64,000 bases of DNA from Bordetella parapertussis (GTDB lineage Bacteria > Pseudomonadota > Gammaproteobacteria > Burkholderiales > SG8-41), in the NCBI GenBank assembly GCA_945861275.1, contig CAMATZ010000002.1:10300-74299 (forward strand). The letters are read 5' to 3'. Shown in pieces: positions 19,160 to 28,305 of this stretch. The notes below the pieces were generated by a model that worked only from the letters and a program-made list of their open reading frames with translations, made no database searches and was not told the DNA's origin. Made by a program: the position numbers and the translations under genes. Numbering within the stretch: position 1 is the stretch's first letter; the number at the start of each line of letters is the position of its first letter.

Positions 19160-20157
19160 CGGCGCGGCCCATCGCCGTGGTGACCGGCGGTGCAGGGTTT
19201 ATCGGCAGTCACATGGTGGATAACCTGCTCGCCCATGGCTATGTCGTGCGCGCGGTGGATAACCTCATCAGCGGCCGCGAAAGCAACCTGGCCCACCTCT
19301 CCGGCAACACGGATTTTTCGTTTGACCGCGCCGATATACGCAGCCTCGAACCGGGCCATGCGCTGTTTGGCCAGGCGCAACTGGTGTTTCATTTTGCGGG
19401 CATCGGCGACATCGTGCCGTCGATCGAACGCCCGCTCGAGTACATGTCGGCCAATGTGCAGGGCACGGCACATGTGCTGGAGTGCGCGCGCCATGCATCC
19501 GTGAAAAAATTGGTTTATGCGGCATCGTCATCCTGCTATGGGCTGGCCGCAACACCTACCCGCGAAGACCATCCGATACAGCCGCTGTATCCTTACGCAT
19601 TAAGCAAATACATGGGAGAGCAAGCGTGCTTTCACTGGCACAAGGTGTACGGCTTGCCGGTAAACGCCATCCGCATTTTTAATGCCTATGGCACAAGGGT
19701 TAGAACGACCGGGGCCTATGGTGCTGTGTTCGGTGTGTTCTTCCGCCAGAAGCTTGCGGGTAAGCCCTACACAGTGGTGGGCGACGGCGCGCAACGGCGC
19801 GACTTTCTGTATGTCACCGATGTTGCGGAAGCATTCCGGCTCGCGGGCGAAACCGCGAAAACCGGCGAAGTATGGAATCTGGGTGCGGGTAATCCACAGT
19901 CCGTGAATCATCTGACGGACTTGCTGGGCGGCGAAAAAATTTCGATTCCCAAGCGCCCCGGGGAACCGGATTGCACGTGGGCGAACATTACCAAAATCGT
20001 GACCGACCTGGGCTGGAAGCAAAAAATTTCATTTGAACAGGGCGTTGCGCTGATGATGCAGGAAATCGACGTGTGGCGCGATGCGCCGCTGTGGGATCCT
20101 GATTCCATAGAACAGGCCACGGCAACGTGGTTTCGCTATATGGGGGCACGCACGTGA
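19156..20157 (+). CDS. NAD-dependent epimerase/dehydratase (UDP-glucose 4-epimerase/decarboxylase-like SDR)
   Basis: 333 aa. VVTGGAGFIGSHMV and YPYALSKYMGE. ATGA overlap with the upstream gene. Confidence 0.8.
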   Translation: MTARPIAVVTGGAGFIGSHMVDNLLAHGYVVRAVDNLISGRESNLAHLSGNTDFSFDRADIRSLEPGHALFGQAQLVFHFAGIGDIVPSIERPLEYMSANVQGTAHVLECARHASVKKLVYAASSSCYGLAATPTREDHPIQPLYPYALSKYMGEQACFHWHKVYGLPVNAIRIFNAYGTRVRTTGAYGAVFGVFFRQKLAGKPYTVVGDGAQRRDFLYVTDVAEAFRLAGETAKTGEVWNLGAGNPQSVNHLTDLLGGEKISIPKRPGEPDCTWANITKIVTDLGWKQKISFEQGVALMMQEIDVWRDAPLWDPDSIEQATATWFRYMGART

Positions 20158-21710
20158 GCGTACTGGCTTCACTGTCGGAGAAATACCGCCACAAGATCAA
20201 GACGGTAGACGAATTGATCGCGGCCATCGGGCCGCGTCCGCGGGTTAAAAAAGTAATCATGTGTCACGGCGTGTTTGACGTGGTACATCCCGGACACCTG
20301 CGTCACCTGCTCTACGCGAAAAACAAGGCCGATATCCTGGTCACCAGCATTACCGCGGATGCGCACATCAGCAAAGGCGTGTATCGCCCGCATGTGCCGC
20401 AGGATTTGCGTGCGCTCAATCTGGCGGCATTCGAGACCGTGGATTATGTGTTGATCGATCAAAACGCAACGCCGCTGGAGAACATAGCGCGCCTGCAGCC
20501 GGATTTTTTCGCCAAAGGCTACGAATACACCGAAAGCGGCGTCGCCCAGAAAACACTGGAAGAAGCGGAAATACTTCGCCGCTACGGCGGCGAAATCATC
20601 TTCACCCCCGGCGATATTGTTTATTCATCGTCGAGTCTGATCAATTTGGCGCCGCCGTCGATACGCACCGAAAAGCTGCTGACCTTCATGGAAAATGAGC
20701 AGCTGACCTTCGACTCTCTGCGTAACAGTCTGTCGCAACTCAAGGGCAAGCGGGTGCATGTCATTGGCGACACCATCGTTGATAGCTACACGCAGACCGC
20801 CATGATCGGCGGACAAACCAAAACCCCCACCATGAGCGTGCTGTATGAGCGGCGCGATGATTTCATCGGCGGCGCCGCGGTGGTGGCGGAACATCTGCGC
20901 GCGGCAGGTGCGGAAGTCTATTTTTCCACCGTGTTGGGCGACGACAAGCTCAAGGACTTTGTGCTGGCGGGGCTGGCGAAATCCGGGGTAACGTGCAATC
21001 CCATCATCGACGCGACACGGCCTACCACCAATAAGAACGCCATCGTCGCCGGCGGCTACCGGCTGCTGAAAATTGACACGCTGGATAACCGCTCGATCTC
21101 GGATGAGATCGTGCAGAAGCTGAAAAATACCATTAGTTCCATCGCCTGCGATGCGGTGGTATTCAGCGATTTCCGCCACGGCATTTTCAACCGGCGCACC
21201 ATACCCGCGCTGATCTCGGGCATTCCGGCGGGCGTGTACAAAGTTGCCGATAGCCAGGTGGCCAGCCGCTGGGGCAACATCACCGAATTCAAGGGGTTTG
21301 ATCTGATCACCCCCAACGAGCGGGAAGCGCGATTTGCGCTCGCCGATCAGGATTCCGGCATTCGTCCGCTGGCATCAACACTGTATGACACGGCGCAATG
21401 TAAAACGCTGATCCTCAAGCTGGGCGAACGCGGCGTGCTAACGTGCCGCAGCAGCGATCATGAATCACTCGATTCGTTCGTGGTGGTGGATAGCTTTGCC
21501 GATCATGTAGTCGACGCCGTGGGCGCGGGCGACGCCTTGCTTGCCTATGCCACTTTGTCGAAGCTGACCACAGGTTCTGATGCAGTGGCCACCATACTCG
21601 GCTCGCTGGCGGCAGCTTGCGAATGTGAGTACGACGGGAACATACCCATTACGCCGGAAGATGTCCGCCGCAAGCTGGACGCCATCGAGCGGCAGGCCCA
21701 CTACACCTGA
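20154..21710 (+). CDS. bifunctional sugar-phosphate nucleotidyltransferase (N-terminal) / PfkB carbohydrate kinase (C-terminal), HldE-like with reversed domain order
   Basis: The N-terminal CHGVFDVVHPGHLRHL is the HxGH cytidylyltransferase-fold motif. The C-terminal half is ribokinase-like with DAVGAGDALLA (PfkB signature 2). GTG 20154 overlaps the upstream TGA; the ORF-track start is 20127. Confidence 0.78.
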   Translation: MSVLASLSEKYRHKIKTVDELIAAIGPRPRVKKVIMCHGVFDVVHPGHLRHLLYAKNKADILVTSITADAHISKGVYRPHVPQDLRALNLAAFETVDYVLIDQNATPLENIARLQPDFFAKGYEYTESGVAQKTLEEAEILRRYGGEIIFTPGDIVYSSSSLINLAPPSIRTEKLLTFMENEQLTFDSLRNSLSQLKGKRVHVIGDTIVDSYTQTAMIGGQTKTPTMSVLYERRDDFIGGAAVVAEHLRAAGAEVYFSTVLGDDKLKDFVLAGLAKSGVTCNPIIDATRPTTNKNAIVAGGYRLLKIDTLDNRSISDEIVQKLKNTISSIACDAVVFSDFRHGIFNRRTIPALISGIPAGVYKVADSQVASRWGNITEFKGFDLITPNEREARFALADQDSGIRPLASTLYDTAQCKTLILKLGERGVLTCRSSDHESLDSFVVVDSFADHVVDAVGAGDALLAYATLSKLTTGSDAVATILGSLAAACECEYDGNIPITPEDVRRKLDAIERQAHYT

Positions 21711-21719
21711 GCGCCTGAG

Positions 21720-22652
21720 ATGCGTGCCATCGTCGTGGGCCTCGGCGTTCAGGGCAACAAGCGCCGCAAGTTCGCCGGTGCGGATTTCGTCTGCGCGGTT
21801 GATCCGGTCAATCCCGAAGCCCAATACAAAAAGATCGAGGACGTTCCGCTCGGAGACTACGATGCAGCCTTAGCGTGCATCCCCGACGAGCCGAAGATAG
21901 CGGTGCTTAGCTATCTTCTGCGCAACGGCAAACACGTGCTGGTGGAAAAACCGCTGTGGGCTGCGGATGACGCAGAAATTCAGCAACTCGAGAACCTGGC
22001 GCGTGCCGGCAATGCCGTTTGTTACACCGCTTACAACCATCGCTTCGAGCCGCATTACGCACGTATGCGTGAGCTGATTCAATCCGGAAAATTGGGCACT
22101 ATCTACCGTTGCCGCATGTTTTACGGTAATGGGACGGCACGCCTGGTGCGCGACTCGGCGTGGCGCGATCAGGGCGCCGGCGTGCTGCCCGACCTCGGTT
22201 CGCATCTACTCGACACCGCAAAATTCTGGTTTGGCGAGGTCGGCAACGATTTTCAGGTGATCGCAGCGCATTGCCATGAGAATCGTTCGCCCGACCACGT
22301 CGTCATTCTTTCCAAACGCACACAGCCGGTGATCGAACTGGAAATGTCGCTGCTGTCATGGCGCAACCACTTTACCTGCGATATTTTTGCCGAAAAAGGC
22401 ACCGCGCATATCCGCTCCCTGTGCAAATGGGGGCCGGCCACATTTACCCACCGCACGCGCGTGCTCCCCTCGGGACGGCCTGCCGAGGAAGTGGAAACGC
22501 TGGAACAAGAGGATCCGACGTGGGCGCTTGAGTATGCGCATTTCAAGTCACTCTGTGCGCAAGCCCAAGCCACCAGCCTGGCCAACGACCTGTGGCTGAA
22601 TAAACTATTGCGCGATTTGGGCGCGGTCGCCATCAAGGAGGCTGCAACGTGA
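21720..22652 (+). CDS. Gfo/Idh/MocA family oxidoreductase
   Basis: 310 aa. MRAIVVGLGVQG...HVLVEKPL N-terminal Rossmann motif and EKP motif. Confidence 0.78.
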   Translation: MRAIVVGLGVQGNKRRKFAGADFVCAVDPVNPEAQYKKIEDVPLGDYDAALACIPDEPKIAVLSYLLRNGKHVLVEKPLWAADDAEIQQLENLARAGNAVCYTAYNHRFEPHYARMRELIQSGKLGTIYRCRMFYGNGTARLVRDSAWRDQGAGVLPDLGSHLLDTAKFWFGEVGNDFQVIAAHCHENRSPDHVVILSKRTQPVIELEMSLLSWRNHFTCDIFAEKGTAHIRSLCKWGPATFTHRTRVLPSGRPAEEVETLEQEDPTWALEYAHFKSLCAQAQATSLANDLWLNKLLRDLGAVAIKEAAT

Positions 22653-23920
22653 GCAAGCCGGTGATAGGCTTTGCGGGCATGACGCATCTGGGCATCAACT
22701 CTGCCGCAGGCGCCTTGGGCCACGGCTTTGAGACCGTGTGTTTTGACGCCGATTGCGCGCTTATACAGCGCCTTAAAGCGGGCGAACTGCCGGTAAGCGA
22801 ACCGGGGTTGCCGGAGTTGCTCAATCAACACACCGGGAGAGCGCTTTATACCGACGCCATAGCAAACCTGTCACTCTGCGATGTGGTGTATATCGCCACC
22901 GACGTGCCTACCGATGATCAGGGCGAGAGTGATCTTTCCGGCATATCGTTACTGATCAAGCAGGTGGCGGCAGTACTGGCGCCTCACGCCGTATTGGTGG
23001 TGCTGTGTCAGGTGCCGCCGGGATTCACACGCGGCCTTGCGGTGCCTGTGCAACGCCTGTTCTATCAGGTTGAAACACTGGTGTTCGGCCGCGCCGTCGA
23101 GCGCGCCATGCAGCCGGAACGTTTTATTGTCGGTTGTGCCGATGCGGCAGCCGCGCTGCCCGTGGCGTACCTGGAATTTCTGCAGTCGTTCGCCTGCCCC
23201 TTGCTGCTGATGCGTTATGAAAGTGCGGAGCTGGCGAAGATCGCGATCAATTGTTGTTTGGTGGCATCGGTGACAGTGGCGAATACACTGGCCGGTGTGG
23301 CGGAACGCATCGGCGCCAACTGGCATGAGATAGTGCCGGCACTCAAGCTCGACCGCCGTATCGGCCCCCACGCGTACCTCGCGCCGGGGCTGGGCCTTGC
23401 CGGCGGCAATCTTGAACGTGACCTGGCTACGGTATTGCGCCTGGCGGGCGAAACCGGCAGCGAAGTCAGCCTGATTGAAGCGTTTGTGACGAACAGCCGC
23501 CATTGCCGGGACTGGGTGTTGCGCGCGCTGCATCGCGAAGTGTTCGGGGTGAATCCACATCCCGCGATCAGCGTGCTCGGACTCGCCTACAAAGAAAACA
23601 CCCGCTCCACGAAAAATTCGCCATCACTGGCGTTGCTTGAAAACCTGAAACCGTGGCCGCTACGCGTATACGATCCAGCGGTAGTCGTTTGCGCTGACTA
23701 TCATCCGCAACTCACCGGCTGCGCGTCGGCGCTGGACGCGGTGGCCGGCACCGATGTGCTGATTATCATGACGCCGTGGCCGGAATTTCGCGAGCTTAAG
23801 CCCGCCGCGTTGGCCGCCGCCATGAACGGACGACTGGTAATAGATCCCTACCGCATGCTGGATGGCGAGGCCCTGGTTAAGGCCGGGTTGCGTTACCTGA
23901 CGCTGGGCAGCTCACAATAA
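22649..23920 (+). CDS. UDP-glucose/GDP-mannose dehydrogenase family nucleotide-sugar dehydrogenase
   Basis: 423 aa. IGFAGMTHLG N-terminus, central helical domain, and C-terminal LGLAYKENTRSTKNSP typical of the UDPG_MGDP_dh family. GTGA overlap upstream. Confidence 0.78.
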   Translation: MSKPVIGFAGMTHLGINSAAGALGHGFETVCFDADCALIQRLKAGELPVSEPGLPELLNQHTGRALYTDAIANLSLCDVVYIATDVPTDDQGESDLSGISLLIKQVAAVLAPHAVLVVLCQVPPGFTRGLAVPVQRLFYQVETLVFGRAVERAMQPERFIVGCADAAAALPVAYLEFLQSFACPLLLMRYESAELAKIAINCCLVASVTVANTLAGVAERIGANWHEIVPALKLDRRIGPHAYLAPGLGLAGGNLERDLATVLRLAGETGSEVSLIEAFVTNSRHCRDWVLRALHREVFGVNPHPAISVLGLAYKENTRSTKNSPSLALLENLKPWPLRVYDPAVVVCADYHPQLTGCASALDAVAGTDVLIIMTPWPEFRELKPAALAAAMNGRLVIDPYRMLDGEALVKAGLRYLTLGSSQ

Positions 23921-23937
23921 AACCGTACAATCATCCA

Positions 23938-24807
23938 ATGCTGACTCACGAAAACCCAACCCCAATAAAACCCCGCCGGGTGGTCATCATCGGCGCCGGT
24001 GGCTTTGTCGGCGGCGCCATCCGCAAAGCGCTGTTGTCCCAAGCGATCGACGTGCTCGCGTTAACGCGCAAGGAACTCGATCTGCTGGCCGGCGGCGCAG
24101 CAGAAAAATTGGCGCACCTGCTGCGGCCTGACGACAGCGTGGTGATGGTATCGGCGATCGCGCCGGTAAAGACCGTGCCGATGCTGATGCAAAACCTCGC
24201 GATGGCGGAAGCCGTGTGTGCGGCACTGTCGCAGGCGCCGATTGCGCATCTGCTGTATATCAGTTCGGACGCGGTTTACAGCGACGACGCAAATCCGGTC
24301 ACCGAGTCCTCCGCCTGCGCGCCGTCCACCCTGCACGGCATGATGCACGCCGCGCGTGAGCTGATGTTAAAGAGCGCGGCCGCAGCGCCGCTCGCCTGCT
24401 TGCGTCCGACGCTGATCTACGGCGCGGCTGATCCGCATGGCGGCTATGGTCCCAATCGCTTTCGCCGGCAAGCGGATAAGGGTGAACCCATTTCAATATT
24501 CGGCGAAGGCGAAGAGCGTCGCGATCATATTGCGGGTGAGGATGTGGCCGCGCTCGCGACGTTGATGCTGACCCACAAGAGCCGTGGCGCGCTGAACGCC
24601 GTTACCGGGATTTCTACTTCCTTCAGCGACATCGCGCAAATCGTGGCGCAACTGCACGGCGGCACGGTAAAAAGCGTGCCTCGACCCGGCCCGCGGCCAC
24701 ACCTGCTGCACCGGTTTTTCGATATTACGAATTGTCATAAAGCGTTTCCTGAATTTCGCTTTACGCCGTTGGCGGCAGGCCTGGCTCGCGCCAGAGCCAG
24801 CCACTGA
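23938..24807 (+). CDS. NAD-dependent epimerase/dehydratase (SDR)
   Basis: 289 aa. VVIIGAGGFVGGAI Rossmann motif. Confidence 0.72.
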   Translation: MLTHENPTPIKPRRVVIIGAGGFVGGAIRKALLSQAIDVLALTRKELDLLAGGAAEKLAHLLRPDDSVVMVSAIAPVKTVPMLMQNLAMAEAVCAALSQAPIAHLLYISSDAVYSDDANPVTESSACAPSTLHGMMHAARELMLKSAAAAPLACLRPTLIYGAADPHGGYGPNRFRRQADKGEPISIFGEGEERRDHIAGEDVAALATLMLTHKSRGALNAVTGISTSFSDIAQIVAQLHGGTVKSVPRPGPRPHLLHRFFDITNCHKAFPEFRFTPLAAGLARARASH

Positions 24808-24818
24808 GGAGAGTTGCC

Positions 24819-25472
24819 GTGGCTGAGATCAATCTGCTGGCGCGTTTGCCTACCATCAAACGCAATATCGAAAAACGCAAGGAAGCACAGACCGCGGAAA
24901 ATATTGCCATTTCGCGGCAATACGGAGAGCAATATTTCGACGGGCCGCGCGAAGTGGGTTACGGCGGCTATCGCTACGATGGCCGGTGGATGCCGGTGGC
25001 CGAGGACTTCATCCGCCATTTCAATCTCAAGCCCGGCGACCGGGTGCTGGATGTGGGTTGCGCGAAGGGGTTTCTGGTCAAGGACCTGATGAAAGTATGC
25101 CCCGGACTGGAGGCGTTCGGGCTGGACATTTCCGAGTACGCGCTGATGCATTGCGAGCGCGAACTAGCCGGCCGGCTGCATCTGGGCAGCGCCGACAAAT
25201 TGCCGTTTCCAGACAACAGCTTCAATGCCGTAATTTCACTGAATACGATACACAACTTTGAACGGCATGATGCGGTGCGGGCGGTGCGCGAGATCGAGCG
25301 GCTCGCGCCGGGAAAAGGGTTTATCCAAGTCGACTCGTATCGCACGCCCGAGCAGCGCGCGCTTTTCATGAGTTGGGTTTTGACCGCTAAATTTCATGAC
25401 TATCCCGACGGCTGGATCAAGCTCTTTGGCGAAGCGGGCTATACGGGCGACTGGTTCTGGACTATACTTTAG
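24819..25472 (+). CDS. class I SAM-dependent methyltransferase (Methyltransf_11-like)
   Basis: 217 aa with a GTG start. VLDVGCAKGFLVKDL motif I and FNAVISLNTIHNF. Confidence 0.78.
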   Translation: MAEINLLARLPTIKRNIEKRKEAQTAENIAISRQYGEQYFDGPREVGYGGYRYDGRWMPVAEDFIRHFNLKPGDRVLDVGCAKGFLVKDLMKVCPGLEAFGLDISEYALMHCERELAGRLHLGSADKLPFPDNSFNAVISLNTIHNFERHDAVRAVREIERLAPGKGFIQVDSYRTPEQRALFMSWVLTAKFHDYPDGWIKLFGEAGYTGDWFWTIL

Positions 25473-25505
25473 CAGACGTAACTAATTGTTTTAAAAGGAA
25501 TATTA

Positions 25506-26495
25506 ATGAAGACCTACGCTGTCCTCGGCGCCGGCGGCTCGTTTGGCATCCACACCGCGCTGTATTTGCTGGACCACGCCGATCCCAAAAAGGTGATCGG
25601 CATAGGCCGCAATCCGCTGCGTCCGGAACCGTTTTCGCTGAATATCGAGAAGCGCAAAAATTTCAGCTACCACGCCTATCACATCACCTATGAGTTGGAC
25701 TCGGTGCTTGAAGTGCTGGATAAGGAAAAACCCCAAGTCATTATTAATTATGCCGCGCAAGGTGAAGGCGCGGTGTCGTGGAAAAAATCGTGGCGCTTCT
25801 TCGAGACCAATTCCATGGCGCTCGCCAAATTGAGCGAGGAACTGATGTCCCGGGATTATCTGGAGCGCTTCATTCAGATTGGTACGTCCGAACTCTATGG
25901 CTCAGTGGATTTTGCAGCTAAAGAAACCACACCGATACAGGCCACCAGCCCCTACGCCGCTTCGAAAGCGGCGTTTGACATGTACCTGATGTCGGCGCAC
26001 CGTTTTCTGAAGTTTCCGATGAATATCATACGTCCCTCCAATGCGTATTGCCCCGGTCAACTGTTGCATCGTGTGATTCCCAAAACCATAGTTTGTGGAT
26101 TGACCGGCCGCAAGCTGCCGTTGCAAGGCGGCGGGCGTGCCGAGAAATCCTACATTCATGCGCGTGATTTGGCGCGCGCCGTATTGCTGGTGTCGGAGAA
26201 AGCGCCCCTGGGTGCGATTTACAACGCCGGCCCCAAGGATCCGACATCGATACGCCGGGTGGTTGAACTGACGGCACAGGCACTGGGTATGCCGTTTGAA
26301 CAATTGTGTGAAATGACTGGAGATCGACTGGGTCAGGACTCGCGCTACTGGCTGGATTCCAGCGCCATCAAGAAAGACGTGGGTTGGGAGCCGCAAATCA
26401 GTTGGGAGGAAGGGCTTGCGGAAATGGTGGCGTGGGGCCGCAAGTACATCGATCAATTGCACGACTGGCCCACTGATTACGTGTTGCGGGCGTGA
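25506..26495 (+). CDS. NDP-sugar 4,6-dehydratase-like extended SDR
   Basis: 329 aa. AVLGAGGSFG, IQIGTSELYGS and SPYAASKAAFDMYL follow the SYK triad layout of RmlB-type dehydratases. Confidence 0.75.
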   Translation: MKTYAVLGAGGSFGIHTALYLLDHADPKKVIGIGRNPLRPEPFSLNIEKRKNFSYHAYHITYELDSVLEVLDKEKPQVIINYAAQGEGAVSWKKSWRFFETNSMALAKLSEELMSRDYLERFIQIGTSELYGSVDFAAKETTPIQATSPYAASKAAFDMYLMSAHRFLKFPMNIIRPSNAYCPGQLLHRVIPKTIVCGLTGRKLPLQGGGRAEKSYIHARDLARAVLLVSEKAPLGAIYNAGPKDPTSIRRVVELTAQALGMPFEQLCEMTGDRLGQDSRYWLDSSAIKKDVGWEPQISWEEGLAEMVAWGRKYIDQLHDWPTDYVLRA

Positions 26496-27355
26496 GCTTG
26501 AGCCCTTCATCGCACACTATGACGAATCCTGCTGCGGCACTGGATGTGGCGGCGGCACGGCGCCGCTGCCTGCAATACCGCCGCCGCATCCTTGATATCT
26601 CGCAGCAAGTCAGCGCGCTGCATGTGGCGCCGGCATTCTCCTGTCTGGAAATGGTGGATGTGGTGTATCACGGTTTGATGCGGCGTGATCCCGCGTCCGC
26701 TGCGGCTGCGTTCCTCGATGGTTTTGTCATGTCCAAGGGCCACGGCTGTCTTTCGCAGTACGTGATGCTCGAAGAACTGGGCATTTTAATGCGTGATGAT
26801 CTTGCCGCGTATTGCACCCCCGCCGGACGGCTGGGCGCGCATCCCGACTACGGCGTGCCCGGCATCGAGGCATCGACCGGTTCGCTGGGTCACGGCATGG
26901 GCATATCTACCGGCATGGCGTATGCGGAAAAAATCAAAGATACCGACCGGCAGATGTATGTGGTGTTGTCGGATGGAGAAATGCAGGAGGGATCGACCTG
27001 GGAGTCGATGATGATGGCGGCGAATCTGGGGCTGGACAACCTGATCGCGCTGCTGGATTTGAACGATTTTCAGGGTCTGGGGCGCACCTCCGAGACCCAT
27101 CCGCGCTTTTATCCGATACTCGACAAAGTGCAGGCCTTCGGCTGGGAAGCGGTGGAAGTCAATGGCCACGACGCAGCCGCCATACACCATGCGATAGTTT
27201 CGCGGCAGGGCGACAAGCCCTTTTTTCTGGTGGGCAAGACGGTAAAAGGCAAGGGCGTTTCCTACATGGAAAACGTTCCCATATGGCATTACCGCTCACC
27301 CAACAAGGACGAGTACCAAAAGGCCCTGGCGGAACTGGCCGAGGTGGGGTCGTGA
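26492..27355 (+). CDS. transketolase, N-terminal (ThDP pyrophosphate-binding) subunit
   Basis: 287 aa. SKGHGCLSQY, GSLGHGMGISTG and VVLSDGEMQEGSTWE are the ThDP GDG-type motif region of split transketolases. GTGA overlap upstream. Confidence 0.88.
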   Translation: MSLSPSSHTMTNPAAALDVAAARRRCLQYRRRILDISQQVSALHVAPAFSCLEMVDVVYHGLMRRDPASAAAAFLDGFVMSKGHGCLSQYVMLEELGILMRDDLAAYCTPAGRLGAHPDYGVPGIEASTGSLGHGMGISTGMAYAEKIKDTDRQMYVVLSDGEMQEGSTWESMMMAANLGLDNLIALLDLNDFQGLGRTSETHPRFYPILDKVQAFGWEAVEVNGHDAAAIHHAIVSRQGDKPFFLVGKTVKGKGVSYMENVPIWHYRSPNKDEYQKALAELAEVGS

Positions 27356-28269
27356 GAAACACCTTCGCCAATACTTTTTTCGAGGCGGCAAAACTCGACT
27401 CGCGCCTGTGCGTGATCGTCGCCGACATCTCGCCGGCGGGCGCGATGGACAAATTTCGCCAGACGTTTCCGCGGCGCTTCATCAACACCGGGGTGGCCGA
27501 GCAGGTGATGATCGGCATGTGTGCCGGCATGGCGCTGCGCGGGCTGAGACCTTTCGCCTACACCATCGCGACCTTCACGCTGTTCCGACCGTTTGAGTTT
27601 GTGCGTGATGATCTGTGCTACCACAACCTGCCGGTAACCATCGTCGGCATCGGCGGCGGCGTTACCTATTCCACGCTCGGCGGTACGCACCACGCACAGG
27701 AAGATGTGGCGATCGCAAGCGCGATTCCCAATATGGCGGTGATTGCGCCGTGCGATCCGGCGGAAACCACCGCCGCCACGCTGTGGTGTACCCGGCAGGA
27801 GCGCGGACCGGTATATCTGCGTCTGGGCAAGGCCGGGGAGCCTGATTTGACTTCCGGCGCCGCGGACCCCTTCGAGTTCGGGAAGATCCGTTATCTGCAA
27901 CGCGGACGCGACGTTTGCATCATCGGCTATGGATCAATACTGAAGCTGGGTAAGGATTTGGCGGCGGCCTTTGAGCGTCAGGGTAAATCCGTGTCGCTGA
28001 TCTCGGCGCATACCATCACGCCGTTTGACCAGGCGGGCGTAGCGGCGGCGTTACACGCGCACAAACAAGTCGTGGTGATTGAAGAAATGGTGCCTCACGG
28101 CGGGCTGGGTTCGCGGGTCAAGGAGGTGGCGTGGGACTCGCGCGCGAGCTGCCGGCTGGATGCGTTTTCGCTGAAAGCGGAATTCATCCACAACTACGGC
28201 AGCCACGGCGATTTGTTGGCGGCTCACGGGCTGGATCTGAAATCACTGTCCGCGGCACTGGGCTTGTAG
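27352..28269 (+). CDS. transketolase, C-terminal (pyrimidine-binding) subunit
   Basis: From GTG 27352 (GTGA overlap): VRNTFANTFFEAA...FINTGVAEQVMIGMCAGMALRG...HHAQEDVAI. The ORF-track start 26812 is a spurious upstream extension overlapping the N-terminal subunit in another frame. Confidence 0.88.
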   Translation: MRNTFANTFFEAAKLDSRLCVIVADISPAGAMDKFRQTFPRRFINTGVAEQVMIGMCAGMALRGLRPFAYTIATFTLFRPFEFVRDDLCYHNLPVTIVGIGGGVTYSTLGGTHHAQEDVAIASAIPNMAVIAPCDPAETTAATLWCTRQERGPVYLRLGKAGEPDLTSGAADPFEFGKIRYLQRGRDVCIIGYGSILKLGKDLAAAFERQGKSVSLISAHTITPFDQAGVAAALHAHKQVVVIEEMVPHGGLGSRVKEVAWDSRASCRLDAFSLKAEFIHNYGSHGDLLAAHGLDLKSLSAALGL

Positions 28270-28305
28270 TTGCGCCGCGGACCGGTTGCCGGGACCCACG
28301 GCTAA

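Noticed and set aside
26812-27351. Upstream 180-codon extension of the transketolase C-subunit ORF
   Set aside because: It overlaps the N-terminal subunit gene in another frame and translates to Arg/Gly-rich nonsense. A GTG at 27352 gives the canonical subunit N-terminus and a GTGA overlap.
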